Assembly: GCA_963771265.1 (NCBI GenBank)
Contig: CAVYSQ010000002.1
Span: 465-64,464, forward strand
Direction: 5' to 3'
DNA from: an uncultured Solirubrobacterales bacterium
GTDB lineage: Bacteria; Actinomycetota; Thermoleophilia; Solirubrobacterales; 70-9
Length of the DNA: 64,000 bases
Below are positions 55,525-63,306 of this stretch, in pieces. The notes under the pieces were generated by a model. That model searched no databases and was not told the origin of the DNA. It saw only the letters and a list, made by a program, of their open reading frames with translations. How positions within the stretch are numbered: position 1 is the first letter of the stretch; each line of letters opens with the position of its first letter. A program made the position numbers and the translations under genes.

Positions 55525-56139
55525 CTACGAACCGGGGGTTAGGCGGGCGAAATAGGCAAACCAGTTGCCGGAATGTGTTTCGTAGATGAGGCCGGCTTCG
55601 CCGGCTTGCTGCTCCAGGCTTGCCCGGGTCGTGAAGTGAGGGTCGCCAAAGAGCTCGCCGACGATGAGGCGCCCGCCGGGCTTCAGCACGCGGCGTATCT
55701 CCCGCAGGGCGGCAAGCGAATCGGGGATCTCGCCGAGCACGGCAGTGAGGACGACCGCGTCGACCGAGGCGTCCTCGTAGGGCAGCGCAGTTGCGTCGCC
55801 CTGAGTCGGGACGATGTTGCCGAGGCTGCGCTCCGCGGCACGAGCGGTGACGTGGTCGAGGAACTCCTGCTGCAGGTCGAAGATCTCGACCCGGCCCTCA
55901 CCGCCAACCCACTCAGCCATGTCCAGCGTGTAGTAGCCGGTGCCGGGGCCAATCTCCAGCACCCGCTCGCCCGGCTGCGGCGCTAAAACCCAGCGCAGAC
56001 GGTCGCGGGTGATGACCGGGTGCGGTGCTTCGACCCAGAAGCGCTGTCCGTAAGGACAAGCGGAAGGGTTCTTGCGCCACCACAAAGCTGCCGCCAGCGT
56101 CGTCAACCCCGCGACACCCAGCAGCCGGCGGGCTCGCAT
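55525..56139 (-). CDS. class I SAM-dependent methyltransferase with N-terminal membrane anchor
   Basis: VLEIGPGTGYYT (motif I), VDAVVLTAVLGEIPD, LKPGGRLIV. The internal start MRARRLLG (ATG 56139) is preferred to the track start 56391. Confidence 0.8.
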   Translation of the reverse strand: MRARRLLGVAGLTTLAAALWWRKNPSACPYGQRFWVEAPHPVITRDRLRWVLAPQPGERVLEIGPGTGYYTLDMAEWVGGEGRVEIFDLQQEFLDHVTARAAERSLGNIVPTQGDATALPYEDASVDAVVLTAVLGEIPDSLAALREIRRVLKPGGRLIVGELFGDPHFTTRASLEQQAGEAGLIYETHSGNWFAYFARLTPGS

Positions 56140-56366
56140 CAGTCCTGCCGGTCGAGGGCGAAGCCGACTCGGTGCCCGGCCGAATCGATACGCAGGAAAG
56201 CGACCTTGCCAACGTAGATCGAGAGGACGCCGTCCTCGGTCTTGATGTCGTGCCAGCCACCCTTCTCGATCTGCTTGCGCAGATCCTTCAGCTCGTCGCT
56301 GCTGAGCCGTACCGGCACCACCTGGCCGCCCTCGAAGCCGATCTCCACCTTCTGCACGTCTGCCAT
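56139..56366 (-). CDS. DUF3107 (TB9.4-like) family protein
   Basis: 75 aa. VEIGFEGG.., and ..KVAFLRIDSAGHRVGFAL parallels the ..RIAYVEIG..RRVGFG tail of mycobacterial TB9.4 as I recall it. One-nt overlaps (TGATG) at both ends. Confidence 0.6.
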   Translation of the reverse strand: MADVQKVEIGFEGGQVVPVRLSSDELKDLRKQIEKGGWHDIKTEDGVLSIYVGKVAFLRIDSAGHRVGFALDRQD

Positions 56367-56779
56367 CAGTGCTCCTCTCCACCCGCTTCAACGATCTCGG
56401 TCAGGACGCCGCCGGTCGAGCGCGGCTGAATGAATGCCACCCGGCTGCCGCGGATCCCGGTGCGCGCCTTGCTATCGATCAACTCGAGTCCGGCAGCGGT
56501 GAGCTGCTCCAGGGTCTTGTCGATGTCATCCACGGCGTAGGCGACGTGGTGCAGCTTGGGACCCTTGCGGCCGAGGAACTTGCCGACCGGCGTGTCGGGC
56601 GCTAGCGGCCGCATCAACTCGACGTGGCCATCGCCGACATCGAGCAGTACCGCCTCAACGCCCTGCGCCTCGACCGTCTCGCGGTGGGCAACGGTCATCT
56701 CGAAGATCTCCGCGTAGAGCTCGAGCGCCGCGTCGATGTCCTCAACGGCAACGCCGATGTGGTCGATCTTGCCGAACAT
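56366..56779 (-). CDS. mce: methylmalonyl-CoA epimerase (VOC/glyoxalase fold)
   Basis: MFGKIDHIGVAVEDIDAALELY.., HHVAYAVDDI, GGVLTEIVE. 137 aa. The internal start 56779 is preferred to the track start 57040. Confidence 0.9.
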   Translation of the reverse strand: MFGKIDHIGVAVEDIDAALELYAEIFEMTVAHRETVEAQGVEAVLLDVGDGHVELMRPLAPDTPVGKFLGRKGPKLHHVAYAVDDIDKTLEQLTAAGLELIDSKARTGIRGSRVAFIQPRSTGGVLTEIVEAGGEEH

Positions 56780-56801
56780 CGGCGGGAGTCTAGATGGACG
56801 C

Positions 56802-57626
56802 CTACGTCGCGGGCGGCGGCTCGGCGGCGCCCGCCTGAGCGTCCTCGACGCGGAGGATCTCGGCCAGGGCGGCAATGCCGACCTGGAGCTGCTCCGGCGT
56901 CGGCTCCTTCGTCGCCAGATGGCGCTGGATCTCGCGGCCGGGGGTATGGAACGCCTCAGCAAGCGGAGCGCCGTGGTTGCGGTCGCTCCAGGCGAACATC
57001 TCGACCGCGATCGAGGCGCCGGCGAGGCCGACCGCGGCACGAGCGACCGGGCTCGGTCGCTCCACCAACCGCTCCAGGATTACGGTGCCACCGACGGAGA
57101 GCAGCATCATCGGCGTGATCAGGTTCGAGCCGCAGCGGTCGTGCTCCTTCGGCACCGTAGCCGGATCCTGCACCCCCTGCTCGTAGGCGGCGATCGCCTT
57201 GTGCTCGACGCCGTGGTAGGCGGCCAGGTCGCGATCGGCGAGGGCGATCACAGCTGGCGTCGCACCAAGCGCCTGCGCAATCCCCTCGCGCACGACACCG
57301 CTCGGCACTCTGCGCCGCAAGACAGCGGTAGCGAGCAGGGTCGCCCCGATCGTCGCCACCACCCGAGGGTCCTCGAAGGGGAGTCGCGCGGCGGGCAGGC
57401 GTCTGCGCACCAGCGGCAACACCGCCATCGCCTCGACCAGTTTCAGCGGCCCCCGCAAGCCCGGTACCCGGCCGGCCAGTTTCGGCGCCAGCTCGGGTTT
57501 GCGCTCGGAGGCGATCCGCACCTCGCCGTCCTTGTCGCGCACCGCCGCGGCCCAGTGCGTCGGTCCGTGGATCAGCAGGCCGTTGCGCAGCGCCATCCCG
57601 CCAAGTCGCAGCTTCTCGGAACTCAC
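56802..57626 (-). CDS. DUF1385 domain-containing protein
   Basis: LGGMALRNGLLIHGP, YHGVEHKAI, and RCGSNL motifs typical of DUF1385. Confidence 0.8.
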   Translation of the reverse strand: MSSEKLRLGGMALRNGLLIHGPTHWAAAVRDKDGEVRIASERKPELAPKLAGRVPGLRGPLKLVEAMAVLPLVRRRLPAARLPFEDPRVVATIGATLLATAVLRRRVPSGVVREGIAQALGATPAVIALADRDLAAYHGVEHKAIAAYEQGVQDPATVPKEHDRCGSNLITPMMLLSVGGTVILERLVERPSPVARAAVGLAGASIAVEMFAWSDRNHGAPLAEAFHTPGREIQRHLATKEPTPEQLQVGIAALAEILRVEDAQAGAAEPPPAT

Positions 57627-57653
57627 ACACCAGATTTTAGAGAGGTGCCTAGG

Positions 57654-58397
57654 CTAGGAGCTGGCGGTTGGAGTCCAGCCGGGTGGGAAGGCGCCGGCCG
57701 GGACGTCGCCGCTGCCGCGGTCAAACCAAGCAGTGGCGACTGTGGCGGCCGGCCGCTCCTCGACCAGGGGGCGGACGTCGCCGACCTGGGCGAGGAGACG
57801 AAGTGAAGAGCCGAGCTGGAAGTCTGCGGCGGTCGGCGCCTCGCCGGCGACGGCGCCCGCGTCCACCAGGGCGTCGACAGCATCCAGCTGCGCCGGCAGT
57901 TCCTGCAGGGCGGCGTGGACCCGCTCGGCGGTGATGTCGAGGTAGCGCCAGGTCGCGCGCATCGTCCTGATCGCGAAGTCGGTCCCGGCCGGGTCGAGCT
58001 GGCCGGCACCGGCGAACGTCCCCATCGACTCGGGGCGGAAGTGAAGCGCGCCGAAGACGAGCACGCGGGCGCTCATCTGCAGATCCTCGGCGACGCCGGC
58101 CTCGGCCTCGCGGATTGCATCGGCCGTCGCCTCCGGGTAGAGGTCGGCGTCGGGGTGCAGCTCGTCGAGGCGGGCGAAGATCGCCGCCGTGCCGTGCACC
58201 GGCTCGTCATCCACCAGCAGCGCCGGGACCGTCCTGCGCCCCTCGCCGTAGATCCTTTCGATCTCCTCGCCGTGTTTGCCGGAGACCAGTTCCACCGTCT
58301 CGTACTCGTGCCCGAGCCGGTCGAGCGCCGCGCTCACCGCGAGAACCGGGTGCGAGAACGGGACCGAGTGAAGGACGAGCTGCGGTTTCGAGGGCAT
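57654..58397 (-). CDS. glutathione S-transferase-like protein (thioredoxin-fold N-domain)
   Basis: The N-terminal beta-alpha-beta region with RTVPALLVDDEPVHGTAAI matches the cis-Pro loop region of GST/Grx-like folds. Helical C-domain. Confidence 0.6.
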   Translation of the reverse strand: MPSKPQLVLHSVPFSHPVLAVSAALDRLGHEYETVELVSGKHGEEIERIYGEGRRTVPALLVDDEPVHGTAAIFARLDELHPDADLYPEATADAIREAEAGVAEDLQMSARVLVFGALHFRPESMGTFAGAGQLDPAGTDFAIRTMRATWRYLDITAERVHAALQELPAQLDAVDALVDAGAVAGEAPTAADFQLGSSLRLLAQVGDVRPLVEERPAATVATAWFDRGSGDVPAGAFPPGWTPTASS

Positions 58398-58452
58398 CGC
58401 GAAACCCTAACTGCGGTTTCGACCGGGGCGCTCCGCGACTGGCCCGAACGCC

Positions 58453-58485
58453 CGACGACCGCGCGGTCTTCGTGCGCGGTCGTCG
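58453..58485. terminator. 12-bp perfect GC hairpin in the rarA-GST spacer (candidate terminator)
   Basis: CGACGACCGCGC-GGTCTTCGT-GCGCGGTCGTCG. A second hairpin, CCGGCCGGAG / CTCCGGCCGG, sits at 58514..58548, and a third, CGAAACC / GGTTTCG, at 58399..58420. Confidence 0.35.
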
Positions 58486-58625
58486 AGTTTCCCCCCTGAT
58501 TCCCCTTTTAGTGCCGGCCGGAGACCCCCAGTCCAGGCCTCCGGCCGGTGTGTCGGCTCTCCCTGGCTCTAGCTTGGAAAGCCGCCCTCTGAAACACCGC
58601 GTCTATGAAGAAGTTGCGCTTGCGA

Positions 58626-60002
58626 TCAGGGGTCTGACTGGGCGTCAGAAAGCCGCTTGCGTAGCGCCTCCAGGCGCCGTCCCAGCTCCGCCTCGAAGCC
58701 CCGGTCGGTGGGCTGGTAGAAGCGCATCTCCTCCAAGCCCGGCGGCATCAGCAACTGGTCGCTGACGGCGCCCGGCTGATCATGCGCGTAGCGGTAGCCC
58801 GCGCCGCGCCCGAGCTTTGCCGCGCCAGGGTAGTGGGCGTCCCGTAGGTAGTCGGGCGGGGTCTTGGCGCCGTTCTCGCGCACCTCGGCGCGGGCGCGGC
58901 CGAGGGCCTTGTAGGAGGCATTGGACTTCGGCGCCAGGGCGAGGTAGACGGCAGCCTGGGCGAGGTTCAGCGCGCACTCGGGCAGGCCGACCCGGTCGAC
59001 GGCGCGGGCCGCAGCGTCGGCGACGAGCAGGGCCTGGGGATCGGCGTTGCCGACGTCCTCGGAGGCGAGAATGACCATGCGGCGGGCGATGAAGCGCGGG
59101 TCCTCGCCACCCTCGAGCATCACAGCCAGGTAATAGAGGGCGGCATCGACGTCAGAGCCCCGCGTCGCCTTGATCCAGGCCGAGACGAAGTCGTAGTGGC
59201 GGTCGCCCTCGCGGTCGTAGTCGAGCGCCTTGCGCTGCAGCGCGTCCTCAACCGCGGCGACGTCGATCGCTGCGGACTTTGCCCGGATCCCAGCACGTTC
59301 AAAGCCCGCAGCGCGTGCGACCGCGCGCTCCAGGGCGGAGAGGGCGACGCGGGCGTCACCACCGGAGCGATGGGCCAGCATCGCGAGCGCCGCGTCCTCG
59401 ACCGGCGGCGGCTCGGCCAGCCCGCGCTCGGGGTCGGCCAGAGCCCGCCGCAGAAGCTCCTCCACCTGCTCGGCCGAGAGTGGCTGCAGCTCGTAGATCT
59501 GGCTACGTGAGAGCAACGCCGAGTTGACCTCGAAGTAGGGGTTCTCGGTGGTTGCCCCGATCAGCGTCAGCAACCCCTCCTCCACCGCCGGCAGCAGCGC
59601 GTCCTGCTGTGCCTTGTTGAAGCGATGGATCTCGTCGAGGAAGAGAACGGTGTGCCGCCCATTCGCCTGCCGGCGCTCCCGCGCCCGCTGGATCACCCCG
59701 CGGATCTCAGCTTTCCCGGCATTGACAGCCGACTGCTCCTCAAACGCCCCGTCGGCCCCGGCAGCCGCGATCCTGGCCAGCGTCGTCTTCCCCGACCCCG
59801 GCGGCCCGTACAAGATCGAGCTATGTGGGTGCCCGCTTTCGATGGCAGTGCGAAGTGCGGACCCCTCGCCCAGAACCTGCTCCTGCCCCACCAGCTCATC
59901 CAAGCTCCTCGGGCGCATGCGAACGGCCAAAGGTGCATCGGCTTCCAGCGAAGCCGGCTGGCGGGCTGATCCCTCGTCGCTTCCGAACAGGCGGTCTGGC
60001 AT
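58626..60002 (-). CDS. rarA: replication-associated recombination protein A (MgsA/RarA AAA+ ATPase)
   Basis: MRPRSLDELVGQE, Walker A GPPGSGKTTLA, Walker B VLFLDEIHRFNK, C-terminal MgsA domain (DRHYDFVSAWIKATRGSD). The internal start ATG 60002 is preferred to the track start 60215. Confidence 0.9.
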   Translation of the reverse strand: MPDRLFGSDEGSARQPASLEADAPLAVRMRPRSLDELVGQEQVLGEGSALRTAIESGHPHSSILYGPPGSGKTTLARIAAAGADGAFEEQSAVNAGKAEIRGVIQRARERRQANGRHTVLFLDEIHRFNKAQQDALLPAVEEGLLTLIGATTENPYFEVNSALLSRSQIYELQPLSAEQVEELLRRALADPERGLAEPPPVEDAALAMLAHRSGGDARVALSALERAVARAAGFERAGIRAKSAAIDVAAVEDALQRKALDYDREGDRHYDFVSAWIKATRGSDVDAALYYLAVMLEGGEDPRFIARRMVILASEDVGNADPQALLVADAAARAVDRVGLPECALNLAQAAVYLALAPKSNASYKALGRARAEVRENGAKTPPDYLRDAHYPGAAKLGRGAGYRYAHDQPGAVSDQLLMPPGLEEMRFYQPTDRGFEAELGRRLEALRKRLSDAQSDP

Positions 60003-60039
60003 TGCGCCGAGTATGACCACGGAGGTAGTCGCGCTGGTC

Positions 60040-60168
60040 GGGAGTCGGGGATCGCCTCGACGATGCCTCGCGAAGCGGCCCCGGCAGGGTTGTTCAAGCC
60101 GCGAAGCGGCACCAGATTCCACCGCCGAAGGCGGTGGTGGGCACTCGGCGAGGCGATCCCCGACTCCC
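60040..60168. repeat. 20-bp perfect inverted repeat enclosing an 89-nt core with twin GCGAAGC motifs (element H)
   Basis: 60040..60059 GGGAGTCGGGGATCGCCTCG and 60149..60168 CGAGGCGATCCCCGACTCCC pair 20/20. The core has CGCGAAGCGGC twice (60069..60079, 60100..60110) and the hairpin CCACCGCC-GAA-GGCGGTGG. Confidence 0.6.
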
Positions 60169-60179
60169 CCACTACGGCG

Positions 60180-60185
60180 TACAAT
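60180..60185 (+). promoter_or_regulatory. -10 hexamer TACAAT placed for a leaderless or near-leaderless aldehyde dehydrogenase mRNA
   Basis: TACAAT ends 8 nt before ATG 60194, and there is no SD in between. Confidence 0.4.
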
Positions 60186-60193
60186 CGCCAACC

Positions 60194-61792
60194 ATGGAGA
60201 TCGCCACGCAGCCACAAACCGTCCAGTCCACGCTCGAGTCCTTCAACCCAGCCACCGGAGAGCTAGTCGGCTCCGTCGCCACGATCACCCCGGACGAAGT
60301 CCAATCCGTGGTCGACGACGTAGCCCGCATTCAGCCCGCCTGGGCCGAGCTCGACCTGAAGACCCGCGGCGCCTACCTGAAGCGCGCCGCCGACGCGCTG
60401 CTCGACGACATCGACGAGCTCGCCGAACTGCTCGTCAGCGAGCAGGGCAAGCCGCGCACCGAGGCCTACACGATGGAGCTGCTGCCAACCGTCGACGCGC
60501 TGCACTGGTGTGCCAAGGCGGGCCCCAAGATCCTCGCTGACGAGAAGGTGCGGATGTCGCAGGCGTTCCTGGCCAGCAAGAAATCGCGCTTCACCTACGA
60601 GCCGATCGGTGTCGTCGGCGTGATCGCACCCTGGAACTACCCCTGGTCGATCCCCTTCGGCGAGGTCGCGATCGCGCTGATGGCCGGCAACGGCGTCGTG
60701 CTCAAGCCGGCAAGCCTGACGCCACTGCTGGGCGAGGCGATCCGCCGCGTCTTCGAGAAGGGCGGCCTGCCCGAGGGCCTGGTCCGCGTCGTCCACGGCG
60801 GCGGCGCGGTCGGCGACGCACTGGCCAGATCGAGCGCCGGCAAGATCTTCTTCACCGGTTCAGTTGACGTCGGCCGGGTGGTCGGCGAGGTCTGCGCCGG
60901 GCAGCTGAAGGGCTCGGTGCTCGAGCTCGGCGGCAAGGACCCGATGATCGTCTGCGCCGACGCCGATCTCGACAATGCGATCTCCGGCGCCGTCTGGGGC
61001 GGCTTCGCCAACGCCGGCCAGACCTGCTCGGGGGTCGAGCGCGTCTACGTCATGCGCGAGGTCGCCGACCGCTTCGTCGAGGGAGTCGCCCGCGAGGCGC
61101 AGAAGCTGCGGCTCGGCAACCCGCTCGAGTGGGAGACGGAGATCGGCCCGATGACCTCGGACGGCCAGTACGAGATCGTCATCGACCTGATCGAGGACGC
61201 GGTTGCCTCCGGCGCGACCAGGCTCTGCGGCGGCCCCACCCCGGTCGCCGGCCTCTCCGACAAATACATCGCCCCGACCGTGCTGACCGGGGTCACGCAC
61301 GAGATGCGGATCATGCGCGAGGAGGTCTTCGGCCCGGTGCTGCCGATCGTCGTCGTCGACTCCGAGCAGGAGGCGATCGACCTCGCCAACGACTCCGAGT
61401 TCGGCCTCGGCGCCTCGGTCTGGACCAAGGACCGCCAGAAGGGCGCGCGGATCGCACGCCGGATCGAGTCGGGCATGGTCTGGGTCAACGACCACTCCTT
61501 CAGCCACGGCGCCTGCCAGTGCGCCTGGGGCGGGGTCAAGGACTCCGGCGTCGGCCGCTCGCACTCCAAATTTGGCTTCTACGAGTGCGTCAACGTCAAG
61601 ATGAACTCCTGGGAGCCGGGCCTCACCCGCGACTTCTGGTGGCACCCCTACGACCAGACCCTGGGCGAAGCGGTGCAGGCCTCGGCGAAACTCCTCTACG
61701 GCAAAGGCGCAACCCGCACCAAGGCCCTGCGCGAGGGCGCCGGCCCGCTGCTCGCGGTCGGCCGGCGCACCTTGCAGAAGAAGCGGCGCTGA
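60194..61792 (+). CDS. NAD(P)-dependent aldehyde dehydrogenase
   Basis: IAPWNYPWSIP, LELGGKDPMIV (Glu), NAGQTCSGVERVYV (Cys). The internal start MEIATQ (ATG 60194) is preferred to the track start 60134. Confidence 0.9.
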   Translation: MEIATQPQTVQSTLESFNPATGELVGSVATITPDEVQSVVDDVARIQPAWAELDLKTRGAYLKRAADALLDDIDELAELLVSEQGKPRTEAYTMELLPTVDALHWCAKAGPKILADEKVRMSQAFLASKKSRFTYEPIGVVGVIAPWNYPWSIPFGEVAIALMAGNGVVLKPASLTPLLGEAIRRVFEKGGLPEGLVRVVHGGGAVGDALARSSAGKIFFTGSVDVGRVVGEVCAGQLKGSVLELGGKDPMIVCADADLDNAISGAVWGGFANAGQTCSGVERVYVMREVADRFVEGVAREAQKLRLGNPLEWETEIGPMTSDGQYEIVIDLIEDAVASGATRLCGGPTPVAGLSDKYIAPTVLTGVTHEMRIMREEVFGPVLPIVVVDSEQEAIDLANDSEFGLGASVWTKDRQKGARIARRIESGMVWVNDHSFSHGACQCAWGGVKDSGVGRSHSKFGFYECVNVKMNSWEPGLTRDFWWHPYDQTLGEAVQASAKLLYGKGATRTKALREGAGPLLAVGRRTLQKKRR

Positions 61793-61799
61793 CTTTCAC

Positions 61800-61846
61800 A
61801 CGAGAGCTGCATTAACCCCGAATAGCGTGGTCAATGCAGCTCTCGT
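61800..61846 (+). terminator. 14-bp perfect hairpin after the aldehyde dehydrogenase stop
   Basis: ACGAGAGCTGCATT (61800..61813) / AATGCAGCTCTCGT (61833..61846) with a 19-nt loop. No U-tract. Confidence 0.5.
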
Positions 61847-61870
61847 CGCTCGCTCGGGGAGAATCCGGGC

Positions 61871-62500
61871 GTGAGTACGGCGATCGAGCTGCGCGACTTG
61901 CGGCGAAACTTCGGCGAAACGCCTGTACTCGACGGAGTCGATCTGACCCTCGAGAGAGGTAAGTCGCTGGTCGTGCTGGGACCGAACGGCGCCGGCAAGA
62001 CGACGCTGCTGCGTATCCTCGCCACGCTGCTGCGACCCGGCGGTGGCGAGGTGCGGGTGCTGGGAGCGCGGCTGCCGAGCGAGGCGTGGAAGGCGCGGGG
62101 ACGGATCGGCTTCCTGGGCCACGAGCCGCTGCTCTACCGCGACCTGAGCGGACGCGAGAACCTGCGCTTCCACGCCAAGCTGCATGGCCTGCGCGGGGAA
62201 GACGCCGAGCGCCGTATCGATGCCCTGCTCGCCGCCGTCGGCATGGAGCGCCGCGCCGACCAGCACGTCGCCGAGCTCTCGGCCGGCATGCGCCAGCGCC
62301 TCGCGATCTGCCGCTGCGTCCTGCACGAGCCCGAGCTGCTGCTGCTCGACGAGCCCGATTCCAACCTCGACGCCGAGGGACGCGAGCTGGCCCGCGAGCT
62401 GATCGGCCCCGGCGAGGGACGCACCCGTGTCCTCGTCACCCACGACCCTGAGCGCCACCTGAAAGAGTCCGACCACGTTCTTCGACTCGACACAAGGTGA
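61871..62500 (+). CDS. ccmA: heme ABC exporter ATP-binding protein CcmA
   Basis: GTG start. Walker A GPNGAGKTTLL, signature LSAGMRQRLAI, Walker B LLLLDEP. Followed by ccmB and ccmC. Confidence 0.85.
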   Translation: MSTAIELRDLRRNFGETPVLDGVDLTLERGKSLVVLGPNGAGKTTLLRILATLLRPGGGEVRVLGARLPSEAWKARGRIGFLGHEPLLYRDLSGRENLRFHAKLHGLRGEDAERRIDALLAAVGMERRADQHVAELSAGMRQRLAICRCVLHEPELLLLDEPDSNLDAEGRELARELIGPGEGRTRVLVTHDPERHLKESDHVLRLDTR

Positions 62501-63250
62501 ATGGGAGCGCCGACCGAGCAAGCGTGCATCTCTGGTTCTTCGCGCCGCGAGGGAGGCGCGACTGTTGTGATGACCCCCTCCCGCCTAGCCTTCGCCGCGC
62601 TCCTCGGCAAGGACCTGCGCGCCGAGCTGCGCACCCTGCAGTCGCTGCCGGCGATGGCGCTGTTCGCGGTCACCACCTTCGTCATCTTCCGCTTCGGCCT
62701 CGACCGCACCGCCCTCTCCGGCAGCCTCGCCGCCGGCGTGCTCTGGCTGACCCTGCTCTTCGCCGCAATCCTCGGCATCAACCGACTCTTTGTCACCGAG
62801 CGTGAGGAGGGTGGCTTCGACGCGATCCGCCTCGCGCCGATCGACCGCACCGTCGTCTTCGCCGCCAAGGCAGCAGCGCTGCTCGTCTACCTGGTTGCGC
62901 TCGAGCTGGTCGTCGTCCCTGTCTTCGCCGTCTTCTTCCTCGACTCGGCCACGGCTCTGGCGCCGCTCGCCCTCGTCCTCCTGCTCGCCGACCTCGGCCT
63001 GGCCGCGACCGGCACGCTGATCTCCTCGATGGCGGTCAACTCGCGCGCCCGTGATCTGCTGGCGCCGCTCGTCCTGCTGCCACTCGCGGTACCGCTCTCG
63101 ATCGCCGCGACCGGGGCGATCGAGCCGCTGCTGGCGGTGGGCGGTCTCGGTTACGACCGCTTCGGCACCTGGCTGACGGTGCTCGGGCTATACGATTTGA
63201 TCTTCCTCCTGGTCGGATACGCGGTGTTCGACTTCCTGCTGGAGGACTGA
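62501..63250 (+). CDS. ccmB: heme exporter protein CcmB
   Basis: Six-TM protein. The LAFAALLGKDLRAELR.. and FVTEREEGGFDAIRLAP regions are typical of CcmB. The start could instead be ATG 62570. Confidence 0.85.
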   Translation: MGAPTEQACISGSSRREGGATVVMTPSRLAFAALLGKDLRAELRTLQSLPAMALFAVTTFVIFRFGLDRTALSGSLAAGVLWLTLLFAAILGINRLFVTEREEGGFDAIRLAPIDRTVVFAAKAAALLVYLVALELVVVPVFAVFFLDSATALAPLALVLLLADLGLAATGTLISSMAVNSRARDLLAPLVLLPLAVPLSIAATGAIEPLLAVGGLGYDRFGTWLTVLGLYDLIFLLVGYAVFDFLLED

Positions 63251-63306
63251 GGCGCGCGGTCGAGTTTCGACCGCTATGTGGCTCAAACCTCGACCGCGCC
63301 AAGAGC

